From positions 640,001 to 704,000 of the forward strand of contig CBDATQ010000002.1 of assembly GCA_965199955.1 (NCBI GenBank): a DNA stretch of 64,000 nt, read 5' to 3'. The translations under genes were made by a program, and so were the position numbers. Under the pieces are notes generated by a model that had not been told where the DNA came from, did no database searches, and worked only from the letters and a program-made list of their open reading frames with translations. The stretch is from Spirochaetia bacterium (GTDB lineage: Bacteria > Spirochaetota > Spirochaetia > SZUA-6 > Bin103). Positions 48,288 to 58,719 of the stretch are shown piece after piece (within the stretch, counting starts at the first letter, position 1; every line of letters starts with the position of its first letter).

Positions 48288-50711
48288 ATGGCGACCAAGA
48301 AATACAATCCCGGATTCCTCAGTGATGACGAACTGGTGGAGTCGTTTTGTGTCCGGACAAGCGAGTTCGAGTCGATTATCGAGACGCTGCGCGAGAACAC
48401 CGGCAACTCCAATCAGCATCTGATCGTGATCGGCCCCCGTGGCAGCGGAAAGACGAGCCTGCTTCTTCGCGTAGCGATCGAGGCGCGCAGGAATCCCGAC
48501 CTGTCATCCCGGATCTTCCCCATTACATTGGCCGAAGAGAGCTACGAGGTCAGTACGTGCGGCGAGTTCTGGCTGGAGTGCCTCTCACGTCTGGTCGATC
48601 AGGCGCCGCAGCCGGACTGGGCGTCAGACTTGGATCGAACCTACCAGGATCTGCGCGCGATTCAAGATGACCGGATGCTTGCCGACCGCTGCCTGGCCGC
48701 TTTGCTTGATTTCTCGGACCGTGCTGGCAAGCGGCTGCTGCTGACCGTGGAGAACCTCAACATGATGTTCGCGGACATGCTGGACCCGAACGCGGGCTGG
48801 CGTCTGAGGAAGTCCCTTCAGACCGAGCCGCGGATCATGCTCCTGGGAAGCGCGACCAGCCGGTTCGAGGAGATCGATCGGCCGGATCGAGCCTTGTACG
48901 ACCTGTTCCGCTTGATCAATCTGAGGCCGCTCGACGAGCAGGAATGCAGCGCCCTTTGGGAGGCGGTGTCGGGCGAGCTTCCTGACAGGGGGAAAATACG
49001 ATCTCTGCAGATCCTGACGGGGGGGAGCCCGCGGCTGATCGCGATCGTGGCACCGTTCAGTGCGGGTCGCCCCCTACATGAGCTCATGGACGATCTGCTC
49101 GACCTGATCGACGAACACACGGAGTACTTCAAAAGTCATCTCGATGCCCTCGCCTCGCAGGAACGGCGCGTGTACGTCGCCTTGGCAGATCTGTGGAAGC
49201 CGGCCAACACCCGAGAGATAGCCGAACGGGCTCGGCTGGCGTCGAGCACATGCAGCGCCCAACTGAAGCGTCTCATCGGTCGGGGTGTTGTATCGGAAGA
49301 GGGCGGAACCCCCCGGCGCAAGCAGTACTATCTTGTCGAGCGATTATATAACATCTACTATCTGCTCCGTCGACGCGGATCGGATCCCGTAGTCCGGGCT
49401 TTGATCCGTTTCATGGCGTCTTTCTACTCACAGACCGATTTGCTCGGGATGGATAGGCGGATTGAAGCAGAAGCCAGGTACGCAGACAAGAGCCTGAGGC
49501 CGCTATACGAAGCGGCGCTTACTCAACTACGGCAGCTTCCCGAGTTTCGCGTAGTAACTCCCGAACACTTTGCCAATGTTGCCACTTACGTAGCGGCTTA
49601 TCTCCGGATGTATTTCGAGTATTACGAGCCTGGTCATTACCATGAAACACTTGATGAGTGTGACAGTATCCTCCGAAGAGCAGGGGCAGAAGCATTTCCG
49701 CTGAGCAGAGTTGTTGCTTCTGTGCTCGTAGTGAAGGGCTACGCACTGTGTAAACTCAACCGGCTAGAGGAGGCGCTTCACGCATATGACGAGGCGATCA
49801 GCGAGCTTGACGCATCGGAAATACCGGAGACTTCGGCGGCGATGGTCAACGCAATGCTCAACAAAGGTATCGTCCTGAGTCAGTTGAATCGGTCAGATGA
49901 GGCGCTGGCGCTGTACGATAACATGATCGATCGCTTTGACCCAGCGAGCAGCGAGATCGAGTTTGTTGAGGATATTGAGACAGCGTGGGTAAACAGAGGG
50001 ATCACTCTTGGTCTCTTGGAGCGCCTGGAGGAAGCAGTCGACGTATTCGATGGCGTGGTAAAGAGATCCGCGGTGCCGCAACAGGTTGCGAGGGCTCTGG
50101 CAAACAAGGGCCTATCTCTGTCGCGATTGGGACGGGAGCAACAGGCTCTGGATACATTCAATCACCTGATGGAACGGTTCGGATCAAGCGATGACGTTGA
50201 AATAGTCGAGCAAGTTGCCGTCGGAATGCTGCACAAGGGTGTGACTCTTGACGAGCTGAACAGGATCCAAGAGGCGATTGAGGTCTATGATGAGGTCGTG
50301 AGACGTTTTGATGGTAGCGGAGCACGCGAGCTCAAGATTTATGTTGGGACGGCGATGGTGAGCCGGGCCGTGCTGAATAGCAGGTGTGGCACTATGCCGG
50401 ACGGAACAGGCTACGAGCGCAACCTCAGAGCGATTCTGCCGACTCTTCCGCGACTCGATCATGTGCCGGAGTCAGTCATCCCCACACTGGCAATGTTGAG
50501 TGCCCACCTGGGCGCCGAGCGAATCTTGGAGTTGATCGAGGGATCGCCGGCAGAGGGTTTGTTGCTGCCGATGGTGACGGCATTGAAACGGGAACTCGGG
50601 CGCGAGCCTCGCGTGGCCAAGGAAGTGTCCGAGACCGCTGACGACATCCGCAAAGTGTTGGCAGAATTGAGGACTGCCATCCGTTCGTCGGACACGATGG
50701 GGCGCGCATGA
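48288..50711 (+). CDS. P-loop ATPase + winged HTH + TPR protein
   Basis: GPRGSGKTS, LTVENL, LTGGSPRL, wHTH TREIAERARLASSTCSAQLKRLIGRGVV, about five TPR-like repeats (KGxxLxxLxRxxEA). Confidence 0.88.
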   Translation: MATKKYNPGFLSDDELVESFCVRTSEFESIIETLRENTGNSNQHLIVIGPRGSGKTSLLLRVAIEARRNPDLSSRIFPITLAEESYEVSTCGEFWLECLSRLVDQAPQPDWASDLDRTYQDLRAIQDDRMLADRCLAALLDFSDRAGKRLLLTVENLNMMFADMLDPNAGWRLRKSLQTEPRIMLLGSATSRFEEIDRPDRALYDLFRLINLRPLDEQECSALWEAVSGELPDRGKIRSLQILTGGSPRLIAIVAPFSAGRPLHELMDDLLDLIDEHTEYFKSHLDALASQERRVYVALADLWKPANTREIAERARLASSTCSAQLKRLIGRGVVSEEGGTPRRKQYYLVERLYNIYYLLRRRGSDPVVRALIRFMASFYSQTDLLGMDRRIEAEARYADKSLRPLYEAALTQLRQLPEFRVVTPEHFANVATYVAAYLRMYFEYYEPGHYHETLDECDSILRRAGAEAFPLSRVVASVLVVKGYALCKLNRLEEALHAYDEAISELDASEIPETSAAMVNAMLNKGIVLSQLNRSDEALALYDNMIDRFDPASSEIEFVEDIETAWVNRGITLGLLERLEEAVDVFDGVVKRSAVPQQVARALANKGLSLSRLGREQQALDTFNHLMERFGSSDDVEIVEQVAVGMLHKGVTLDELNRIQEAIEVYDEVVRRFDGSGARELKIYVGTAMVSRAVLNSRCGTMPDGTGYERNLRAILPTLPRLDHVPESVIPTLAMLSAHLGAERILELIEGSPAEGLLLPMVTALKRELGREPRVAKEVSETADDIRKVLAELRTAIRSSDTMGRA

Positions 50712-51900
50712 CTGAGGCCGACACCTGCCGAAAGTTCGTTGTTCCAAGGCTTCAAGAAGCGGGGTGGGACAACGCACCCCACGTGATCAACGAGCAGCGG
50801 ACCTTCACCGACGGCCGCATCCTCTTCACCGGCGGCAAGGCGCGGCGTGGCCCGCAGAAGCGCGCGGACTACCTGCTGCGCTACCGCCCGGACTTCCCGA
50901 TCGCCGTGGTCGAGGTCAAGGCCCACTACCGGCTCGCGGGCGACGGTATGCAGCAGGCCAAGGAGTACGCCGAGATCCTGGGCCTGAAGTTCGCCTACGC
51001 GACGAACGGCACCGAGATCATCGAGTTCGACTACACGACCGGCATCGAGCGCACCGTCACCGCCTTCCCAAGCCCGACGACCTGTGGCACCGCCTTCGAG
51101 CCGCGGAGGGGATCGCTGAAGACGATGTCGCCCTCAGCTTGCTCACCCCCACGTTGCCCGACCCTGCGCGGCCTCTCCGCTACTACCAGGAGATCGCCGT
51201 CAACCGGGCTACTCAGGCCGTCCTACAGGGAAGCCGCCGGATCCTGCTTGCCCTCTACACGGGCTCCGGCAAGACCGCGATCGCCTTCCAGATCTGCTGG
51301 AAGCTCTGGTCCGCGCGCTGGAACCGTGCGGGCGCCGTCCGTCGCCCAAAGATTCTGTTCCTGTCGGACCGCAAAGTGCTGGTGGACGACCCCATGGCCA
51401 AAGACTTCAGCCCGTTCGCCGACGGGCGGCACAAGATCTCCGGCACGGCGGTCAAGAGCCGCGACATGTACTTCGCCATCTACCAGGCGATCGCCCGAGA
51501 CGAACAACGCCCCGGCCTCTACCGCGAGTATCCGCAGGGCTTCTTCGATCTGATCATCGTCGACGAGTGCCACCGCGGCAGCGCCCGTGACGACAGCAAC
51601 TGGCGGGAGATCCTGGAGTGGTTCGAGCCGGCCGTGCAGATCGGCATGACGGCGACGCCGCGGCGAGAGGACAACGTCGACACCTACGACTACTTCAGCG
51701 ATCCGATCTACAGTCTGGCGGAGGGTATCGACGATGGGTTCCTCGCTCCCTACCGCGTCCACCGCGTCATCACGGACTACGACGCCTCCGGCTGGCGGCC
51801 GACCAGGGGAGAGCTGGACCGCTACGGGCGCGAGATACCGGATGCCGAGTATCACACCCGCGACTTCGAGCGTCTGGTGGCCCTGCAAGCGCGGACGCAG
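50708..51900 (+). pseudogene. hsdR: Type I restriction enzyme R subunit (EcoAI-like), frameshifted and truncated
   Basis: TEADTCRKFV, RADYLL...VEVK, QAKEY; after a frameshift near 51070 RYYQ, TGSGKT, DECHRGS, GMTATP; ends near 51900. Confidence 0.9.
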
Positions 51901-52245
51901 GCGAGGCGGCACCTGGCGCAACCGGCCGGCCGCCCGACCTGCTGATCGGCGTCGGCACCGCCGGCGCCGAGTTCGGAGCCGGAGCACCGTTCCAGCGCAC
52001 CCCATGATCGACGAGCGGCTCTGGTTCATGGCCGGCCGCGACGGCGCGCCAGGCCGGACGACCCGCAACGGCCGGACGGGCCGCACCGCTTTGTGCGCGC
52101 CGACATGGCCTACCTGGAGTACCCGAACGGGGGAGCGGTGTTCGCAGCCGGCGCCATCTGCTGGCGCGGCGCCCTCTCCTGGAACGGCTACGACAACAAC
52201 GTCTCCCGCATCACGGAGAACGTGCTGAGGACGTTCTCGGCCTGA
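51900..52245 (+). pseudogene. N,N-dimethylformamidase beta subunit-like C-terminal fragments
   Basis: GRPPDLLIGVG and VRADMAYLEYPNGGAVFAAGAICWRGALSWNGYDNNVSRITENVLRTF*. Confidence 0.65.
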
Positions 52246-52256
52246 CCGGTCCGCCG

Positions 52257-52769
52257 TCAGATCGAGTGTCCGCCCATCGCCGCGCTGAGCTCGGAAATCC
52301 GCAGGATCAGCATGAGCGGCTCATAGTCCGAGAATCGCGTGAAGCCGTGGCGCCGATAGAACCTCGCCACCTGCTCGTCGAGCGCCTGAACGACGATGGC
52401 CCGTGCTCCGATCACGCCGGCCGCGGTCAGGGCTCTCCTGCCGGCATCGAACAGCAGGTCCGATCCCAGCCCTCTGCCCTGGTAGTCCACGTCCACCGCC
52501 AGTTGTCCGAGCAGGATCACCGGGATCGGTTCAGGCATGCTTCTGCCCACGCGTGAAGAGACTCGCCGCCGTTCCACCGAGCTGGCGGCCAGGCTGTAGA
52601 AGGCGATCACGTGGTCCTGCGCGCAGACGACGTACGTCCGTGCGCCACCCTTCGACTCGTTCAGCCGGGCCTTGCGTTGCAGCCAGGCATTGATGCCCGG
52701 CACCCCGCAGTCGAAGCGGGACACGTCGTGCCGCGCGGCAAGTGCTTCCGGAGCGGCTATTGCTCCCAC
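52257..52769 (-). CDS. GNAT acetyltransferase toxin (TacT/AtaT-like)
   Basis: FDCGVPGINAWL, PVILLGQLAVD, QGRGLG, FYRRHGF. Confidence 0.9.
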   Translation of the reverse strand: MGAIAAPEALAARHDVSRFDCGVPGINAWLQRKARLNESKGGARTYVVCAQDHVIAFYSLAASSVERRRVSSRVGRSMPEPIPVILLGQLAVDVDYQGRGLGSDLLFDAGRRALTAAGVIGARAIVVQALDEQVARFYRRHGFTRFSDYEPLMLILRISELSAAMGGHSI

Positions 52770-53014
52770 AGCGGTCGGCGCGTGACCAGGTTCCTCAGGC
52801 GATCGTTCGGCTCGACCGGGGCATCCAACGCCGCCACGAAGGCATCGTACGCCTCATCGTCGAGCGCGATGACCGGACGTTCGCTCAACGCTTCGATCGC
52901 CGCCGCTTCGCTCGACCGGAGCACGAACTCCGTGCGCGTCACGCCGCGAATGGCCGCGGCCCGGTCGATGAGAGCCAGGCGCTCGTCTTTCATCCTGAAG
53001 TTCACTTGGCCCAT
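52757..53014 (-). CDS. DUF1778 antitoxin (TacA-like)
   Basis: VNFRM...LIDRAAAIRGVTRTEFVL...FVAALDAP...PLWE. Confidence 0.88.
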   Translation of the reverse strand: MGQVNFRMKDERLALIDRAAAIRGVTRTEFVLRSSEAAAIEALSERPVIALDDEAYDAFVAALDAPVEPNDRLRNLVTRRPLWEQ

Positions 53015-53095
53015 TGTGGTCAACTCCTGGAAAGCGAGGATAAGATGATCCCACAGGGTGTGTACCGATTGTATAGACATGAGGTCAAGTGAGGA

Positions 53096-54073
53096 ATGGA
53101 CGTGAGCGCACTCACCGAGCGTCAAGTCGAGTTCTTCCGGCGCGAGGGCTACGTGATGGTGCCGGACGTCTTCGCGGCGGCCGACCTGGAGCCGTTGCGC
53201 GATGAGTTCACGGAGGTCATTCACCAGACCGCCGTCGAGCTGCAGGCCGCGGGCAAGCTGTCGCGGCTCTACGAGGAGGAGCCGTTCGAGCGGCGCCTGT
53301 CCCGCATCTACGCGGAGACCGACGAGATCCTGGGGCCGATCATCGGCCGGGGCGGCGGCGGGCACAGCGGGCCGGCGCTGTTCGCGGTCATCACGCATCC
53401 TCGCCTGCTGGAGGTGGTGGAGTCCCTCATCGGTCCGGAGATCGTCGCCTCCTCCGTCTACCGGGTTCGTCCGAAGATTCCCGGTATGGCGCGCGGAGTG
53501 GTGCCGTGGCACCAGGACTCCGGCTACTTCAACCCGCACTGCGACCGGGATCTGATCGTGACTTGCTGGATCCCGCTGGTGGACGCCACCGTCGAGAACG
53601 GCTGCCTGGAAGTGCTGCCGCGCGCCCACCGGCAGGGCGTGGTCCGGCACTACACGGAGGGTCCCAACGGCTACCTGGCGATCGATGACCCGGACCTTCC
53701 GGACACCGCTGCGCCGGTCGCGGTGCCGGTGCCGCTCGGCGGCGTCCTGCTGCTGACCAACATCACCCCGCACAGCTCGACTCCCAACCACACCGACGTG
53801 GTGCGCTGGAGCCTGGACCTGCGCTACCAGCACGTGGGCGTGCCCAACAACGTCGGCGAGGCGCCGCAGGACTTCACCTGGAACCGGCCCGACGCCGAAA
53901 TCGCCTGCTACCCGCCGGAGGCGGACTTCGTCGTGCAGAGCGCCCGTGCCCCCGAGTCGGTCGTGCGCTCCGCGGCGGAGTTCAACCGCATCCGCCAGCG
54001 CTACGAGCGAACGCGCCCACCCGGCCCGGAGCGGGGCTGGATCCCGTACGACCGGCGTCCGAGAGCCTCATGA
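53096..54073 (+). CDS. PhyH-family Fe(II)/2OG dioxygenase
   Basis: FRREGY, PWHQDSGY, WIPLVDA, NGCL, PHSS...RWSLDLRY. Confidence 0.92.
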   Translation: MDVSALTERQVEFFRREGYVMVPDVFAAADLEPLRDEFTEVIHQTAVELQAAGKLSRLYEEEPFERRLSRIYAETDEILGPIIGRGGGGHSGPALFAVITHPRLLEVVESLIGPEIVASSVYRVRPKIPGMARGVVPWHQDSGYFNPHCDRDLIVTCWIPLVDATVENGCLEVLPRAHRQGVVRHYTEGPNGYLAIDDPDLPDTAAPVAVPVPLGGVLLLTNITPHSSTPNHTDVVRWSLDLRYQHVGVPNNVGEAPQDFTWNRPDAEIACYPPEADFVVQSARAPESVVRSAAEFNRIRQRYERTRPPGPERGWIPYDRRPRAS

Positions 54074-55530
54074 TCGACAAGGTCGAGGTGCCGCCGCCGA
54101 GCGGCGTCTTCGCGCAACCGCGGTCACTGAAGAAGATCATCGGGTTGCTGGCCGTGTTCGGGCCGGCGGCGATCGTGGCGTCGGTGAGCATCGGCGCCGG
54201 CGAGACCATCGTCGTCGTGCGCGCGGGCGCCTGGGCGCGCTACGGGCTGTTGTGGCTGGTTCTCCTGAGCTGCGTGGTGAAGGGGATCTTCGTCACCTAC
54301 CTGCTCGGCCGCTACACGGCGGTCAGCGGCGAGCACATCGGCCACCGCCTGGTGCGGCTGCCCGGCCCGCGCGGCTGGCTGCTGCTCGCGATCGGGGCGC
54401 TGGAGATGATCGGCGCGCCGCTCGCCTGGGTGCCGATCGCCAAGCCCGTCGGGGACCTGTTCCACTTCTTCCTCCAAGACGTGCTGCCGGCGGCTGTCCT
54501 CGAGTTGACGTACGAGAATCTCATCACCTGCGGCTTCATCGCCCTAGCCCTGGCGTTCGGCCTGCGCCTGTCCTTCGAGAAACTGGAGAAGCAGCAACTG
54601 GTCATCTGCAGCATCCTGGTGCTTGGGACCATCGCCGGCACCCTGATGGTGCGTCCCGACTTCCGCGAGGCGCTCATCGGCAGCCTGAGCTTCGGACGGC
54701 TGCCCGAGTTTCCGGAGTGGGCGCCGCGCGATGCGGTGCAGAACCCGCTGCTGACCATGGCGACCGCGTTCGCCTACGTGGGCGGCACCGCGATGGGCTA
54801 CGTCGTGTACGCCAACTGGGTCGGCATCCACCGTTGGGGCATGACCGGGCACGAGGACATCGAGGCGATTCGCCGCCACGCGTTCACCCGCGACCGGATC
54901 GACTATCTGCCCGACGACCCGCAGCAGGTGGCGCGCATGCGCAGAATCGTCGCGCCGCTGCGGTGGGACGTCGGCATGGGCGCGGTCGTCCTGTTCATCG
55001 TGACGAGCGCGTTCATGATTTCCGGCGCCGCCGTGCTGTATCCGCTGCAGAGCCAGTTCGCCGGCTGGAGCCTGCTCACCGAGCAGCGCCACGTCTGGAG
55101 CGCCATTCACGGATCGCTGATCTGGGTCTACTACGTCTGCATCGTCGCCGCGCTGTGGGGGACGCTGCAGGCGTTTCCCGAGATCTACTCCCGCGTCCTG
55201 CAGGAGTTCTTCCAGGCGATCTGGCCCGGCCGGCCGTGGGACTACGCACGGATCCGGCGGTACGTCAGCGCGTACCTGCTGGTCACGACCTTCGTGATCG
55301 TCTGGCTCAACATCCCGTTCGACATCCTCACGCAGGTCGCGGGGTTCGTGCTGGCCAACCTGTCGATCGCCCTCATGATGCTCGGCGCGCTCTACCTGAA
55401 CTTCAAGCTGCCGGGCGCCTACCGGACGCGCCCGCCGATGCTGGCCGGCGCGATCATCTCGGCGGTGATCCTGGTCGTCTTCGCGGGCATCAGCGGCTGG
55501 GGACTGGCGGGGAAGCTGCTCGGAATCTGA
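54070..55530 (+). CDS. Nramp-like (APC superfamily) membrane transporter
   Basis: FGPAAIVASVSIGAGE, GRYTAVSGE, multiple hydrophobic segments; ATGA overlap with phyH. Confidence 0.8.
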   Translation: MIDKVEVPPPSGVFAQPRSLKKIIGLLAVFGPAAIVASVSIGAGETIVVVRAGAWARYGLLWLVLLSCVVKGIFVTYLLGRYTAVSGEHIGHRLVRLPGPRGWLLLAIGALEMIGAPLAWVPIAKPVGDLFHFFLQDVLPAAVLELTYENLITCGFIALALAFGLRLSFEKLEKQQLVICSILVLGTIAGTLMVRPDFREALIGSLSFGRLPEFPEWAPRDAVQNPLLTMATAFAYVGGTAMGYVVYANWVGIHRWGMTGHEDIEAIRRHAFTRDRIDYLPDDPQQVARMRRIVAPLRWDVGMGAVVLFIVTSAFMISGAAVLYPLQSQFAGWSLLTEQRHVWSAIHGSLIWVYYVCIVAALWGTLQAFPEIYSRVLQEFFQAIWPGRPWDYARIRRYVSAYLLVTTFVIVWLNIPFDILTQVAGFVLANLSIALMMLGALYLNFKLPGAYRTRPPMLAGAIISAVILVVFAGISGWGLAGKLLGI

Positions 55531-55555
55531 CGGAGCCGGTCAGCCGCGCGGGCAG

Positions 55556-56404
55556 CTACCGCTCGCGTGCGACGTGGCGGCGCAGCCTGTGCTCCAGCGC
55601 CCGCACCAGGATCGACAGGCCGATGGTCATCACCAGGTAGAGGAAGGCGACGGTGTTGTAGGTCTCGAAGAAGCGGAACGAGGAGGCCGAGTACACCTTG
55701 GCCTGCTGGGTGATGTCCCCCACACCCAGCACGGAGACCAGGGCCGAGTCCTTGATCATGGCCACGAAGTCGTTGCCCAGCGGCGGCAGCACCGTGCGCG
55801 CCGCCTGTGGCAGCACGACGTGCAGCATCGCCTGCCGCCGGGTCATGCCCAGCGACAGCGCCGCCTCCAACTGCCCGCGCGGCACCGCCTCGATGCCGGC
55901 GCGGAAGATCTCGGCCAGGAAGGCGCTGTAGCCGATGGTGAGGGCTATGATCGCCCGCCAGACGAAGTCGACGCGCCGGACGCTCAACGGCTCCATCCAG
56001 CCGGCGGCGATCAGCGGCTCGGCCAGCCGGTTGATCAGCACCACCGCCGCCGGCGCCGCCACAAAGGCGACGTAGTAGAGGATGACCAGCATCGGTACCC
56101 CGCGCACCACCTCGATGTAGACGCTCGCCGCCTCGCGCAGCACCCGACGGTGGGAGGCGCGCATCAGCCCGAACAGCAGGCCCACGGCCGCCGCCGCGAC
56201 GTAGGCGATCACCGACACGTACAGTGTGGTGACGATCCCGCGGCTCACCGCGCGGAAGATGATCCGGTAGTCCTCCTCCCGCACCACCGACCACACCGCC
56301 AGCACGCCCAGCAGCATGATCGCCAGCAGCCAGTAGGGCAGGCGGGAGAGGGACGCGACCGGCAGCAGGTGCCGCCGCGACGTGCCGGCGGCGACCCTGT
56401 TCAC
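55556..56404 (-). CDS. Polar amino acid ABC permease
   Basis: [28 protein letters not shown]. Confidence 0.92.
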   Translation of the reverse strand: MNRVAAGTSRRHLLPVASLSRLPYWLLAIMLLGVLAVWSVVREEDYRIIFRAVSRGIVTTLYVSVIAYVAAAAVGLLFGLMRASHRRVLREAASVYIEVVRGVPMLVILYYVAFVAAPAAVVLINRLAEPLIAAGWMEPLSVRRVDFVWRAIIALTIGYSAFLAEIFRAGIEAVPRGQLEAALSLGMTRRQAMLHVVLPQAARTVLPPLGNDFVAMIKDSALVSVLGVGDITQQAKVYSASSFRFFETYNTVAFLYLVMTIGLSILVRALEHRLRRHVARER

Positions 56405-56432
56405 GGCAGCAGGTCGAGAGTCCGGCCGGCCT

Positions 56433-57215
56433 CTACGGGCTGTACTCGAAGAACCACTTGACGCTCAGCGCCTCCAGGAAGCCCTCCTCGGCAAGCTCCC
56501 GAATCGCCTCGTCGAACGGCTCGCGCAGGTCGGAGCCGGGCGTGAAGATGAAGCCGAAGTCCTCCGTGCCCAGCGCCTCGCCGACGGTCTTGAGGGCGTC
56601 GGGGTTGGCGCCGATGTAGCCGCGGCTGCTCGCCGCGTCCATGAGCACCAGGTCCACGTCGCCGATGATCAGCGCCTGCACCGCGGCGCCGAAGGTGTCG
56701 AACAGCTTGATGCGCGGGTTGTCCTCGTTCCCGTCCAGGATGTCGTAGACGGCCACGTAGAAGTTGGTGGTGCCGGGCTGCGAGCCGATCAGCAGATCCC
56801 CGTCGGCGGCGACCTCCTCCGGCGTGGTGAAGCGCTCCTCGTCCGCGCGCACCAGCATGAACTGCTGCGAGGTGAGGTAAGGGATGGAGAAATCCACCCG
56901 CTCGGCGCGCTCCTCGGTAATGGTGATGCCGTCCATGCCCACGTCGAACTGGCCGTTGCGCACCGCCTCGATCATCGCGTCCCAGGCGGTCACTTGCCAG
57001 TCGACGGCGCAATTGAGCCGCCGGCAGATCTCGTTGACAGCGTCGTACTCCCAGCCGACCGCTTCGCCGGTCCGGGGATCGACGAAGTTCAGGGGCACGT
57101 AGTCGTTGCCGGTCACGGCGACCACGGTGCGCCCGCCCAGATCCGGCAGGCCGAACGCTGCCTGTGCGGCCAGCAGCGCCAGCGCCGCCACAAGTCCTCG
57201 TATGGTGTGTTTCAT
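56433..57215 (-). CDS. Polar amino acid ABC substrate-binding protein (family 3)
   Basis: Signal peptide [30 protein letters not shown]. Confidence 0.9.
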   Translation of the reverse strand: MKHTIRGLVAALALLAAQAAFGLPDLGGRTVVAVTGNDYVPLNFVDPRTGEAVGWEYDAVNEICRRLNCAVDWQVTAWDAMIEAVRNGQFDVGMDGITITEERAERVDFSIPYLTSQQFMLVRADEERFTTPEEVAADGDLLIGSQPGTTNFYVAVYDILDGNEDNPRIKLFDTFGAAVQALIIGDVDLVLMDAASSRGYIGANPDALKTVGEALGTEDFGFIFTPGSDLREPFDEAIRELAEEGFLEALSVKWFFEYSP

Positions 57216-57324
57216 TGCGACGGTAGTGTTCCGGTTCCACGGAGGCGGGGCAAGCTGTCGTGGCGCACGGTGGCGTGCCCTCGTGCTTTGACGCCTCCTG
57301 GGAGCCGCGCTACGGTTCCCCGGC

Positions 57325-58719
57325 ATGAACGTCTCGATGAGAGCGCGTTCGCGCGCCAGACGCCGGGTGGCGGCGCTGATCCCGGCGGTCCTGGTGCTCC
57401 TGAGTTGCGGGGAGACGGCGCAGGGACAACCGGCAGACGGGACACCGGTCGTCCTGTACGGGCCGGCCGGCACCCCGATACCGTCCGCCCCCGCCGTGCC
57501 GGACGGAGCGGTCTCGGCGGAGGTCGCGGAAGGCCTGGAGGCGCTGTTCGACCGCTCGGTCCCCGGTGGGCCGATCGAGGCGATCGACCGGTTGGGCGCC
57601 GCCGGCGACCCCCGCGTGCTGTGGCTGCTGACCGACCTGTTCCCGTTCTCGAACCGGGACATGCTGACGGCGGTCCGAGCCGCCTTTGTGGCGCTCACCG
57701 AAACCGAGCTCGCGCCCGAGGACGACGGACGCCTGACGATGATCAACCGCCTGATCGCCTGGGAACTGCCGGCCTTTCCCGGCTATCGCGAATACAAGTG
57801 GCGGCTGTTCCGGTTCATCGAGCCTCTGTGGGAGCCGTTCTTCACCGACGAGGACTCGATCGTAGACTGGCGGCTGGTCGGTTGGGGCGGCGTGGCGATC
57901 GACGAGCGCCTGCACGCCACACCGGAGGCGCGCTGCCTGCGCGGCTGCATCCCCGCGATCGACGATCCGGCCGTCACCTCCGCCTCCGGCGGCGACTGGT
58001 ATCCGGACGAGCGGCTGGTGTTCGGCCTGGTCATCAACGGCGAGGCGCGCGCCTACCCGAAGAACATGATGGAAGTGCACGAGATGGTGAACGACACGCT
58101 CGGCGGCCGGCGCTTCGGCATGCCCTACTGCACGCTGTGCGGGTCCGCGCAGGCGTACTTCACCGACGACGTGGAAGGCTTCAGTCCCGTGCTGCGCACC
58201 TCCGGTCTGCTGTCCCGCTCGAACAAGTTCATGTACGACCGCAGCACGTGGTCGGCGGTCGACACCTTCACCGGCCATGCGCTGTCCGGCCCGCTGTACG
58301 ACGCCGGCGTGGTGTTGACGCCGGTGGCGGTGGTCACCTCCACCTGGGGCGACTGGAAGCGCCGGCACCCGGAGACGACGATCCTGGACCGGTTTCGCGC
58401 CTATCCGCTGGACCCGCTCCGGGGCCGTGACGACCATGGCCCGATCTTCGCGGTCGGCGACGTCGACCAGCGCCTGCCCATCCAGGAGCGTGTGCTCGGC
58501 GTGGCAGGCCCGGACGGTCCGATCGCCTTCCCTGTGGCGCCGGCGGTGATCGCGTTGAAGGAAGGCGTGGCGGTGGAGATGGGCGGCGTGCGACTGGAGC
58601 TGGACGGCAGCGGGCTGCGTGCCTTCATCGGCGAGCGGGACGCCGCCGCGCACGAGGCGTTCTGGTTCGCCTGGAGCCAGTTCAAGCCGGACACGCGGAT
58701 CTGGGAGCGTGACGGATAG
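57325..58719 (+). CDS. DUF3179 domain lipoprotein
   Basis: LLSC lipobox, IPAIDDP, ARAYP...HEMVND, YCTLCGS, FWFAWSQF. Confidence 0.85.
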   Translation: MNVSMRARSRARRRVAALIPAVLVLLSCGETAQGQPADGTPVVLYGPAGTPIPSAPAVPDGAVSAEVAEGLEALFDRSVPGGPIEAIDRLGAAGDPRVLWLLTDLFPFSNRDMLTAVRAAFVALTETELAPEDDGRLTMINRLIAWELPAFPGYREYKWRLFRFIEPLWEPFFTDEDSIVDWRLVGWGGVAIDERLHATPEARCLRGCIPAIDDPAVTSASGGDWYPDERLVFGLVINGEARAYPKNMMEVHEMVNDTLGGRRFGMPYCTLCGSAQAYFTDDVEGFSPVLRTSGLLSRSNKFMYDRSTWSAVDTFTGHALSGPLYDAGVVLTPVAVVTSTWGDWKRRHPETTILDRFRAYPLDPLRGRDDHGPIFAVGDVDQRLPIQERVLGVAGPDGPIAFPVAPAVIALKEGVAVEMGGVRLELDGSGLRAFIGERDAAAHEAFWFAWSQFKPDTRIWERDG

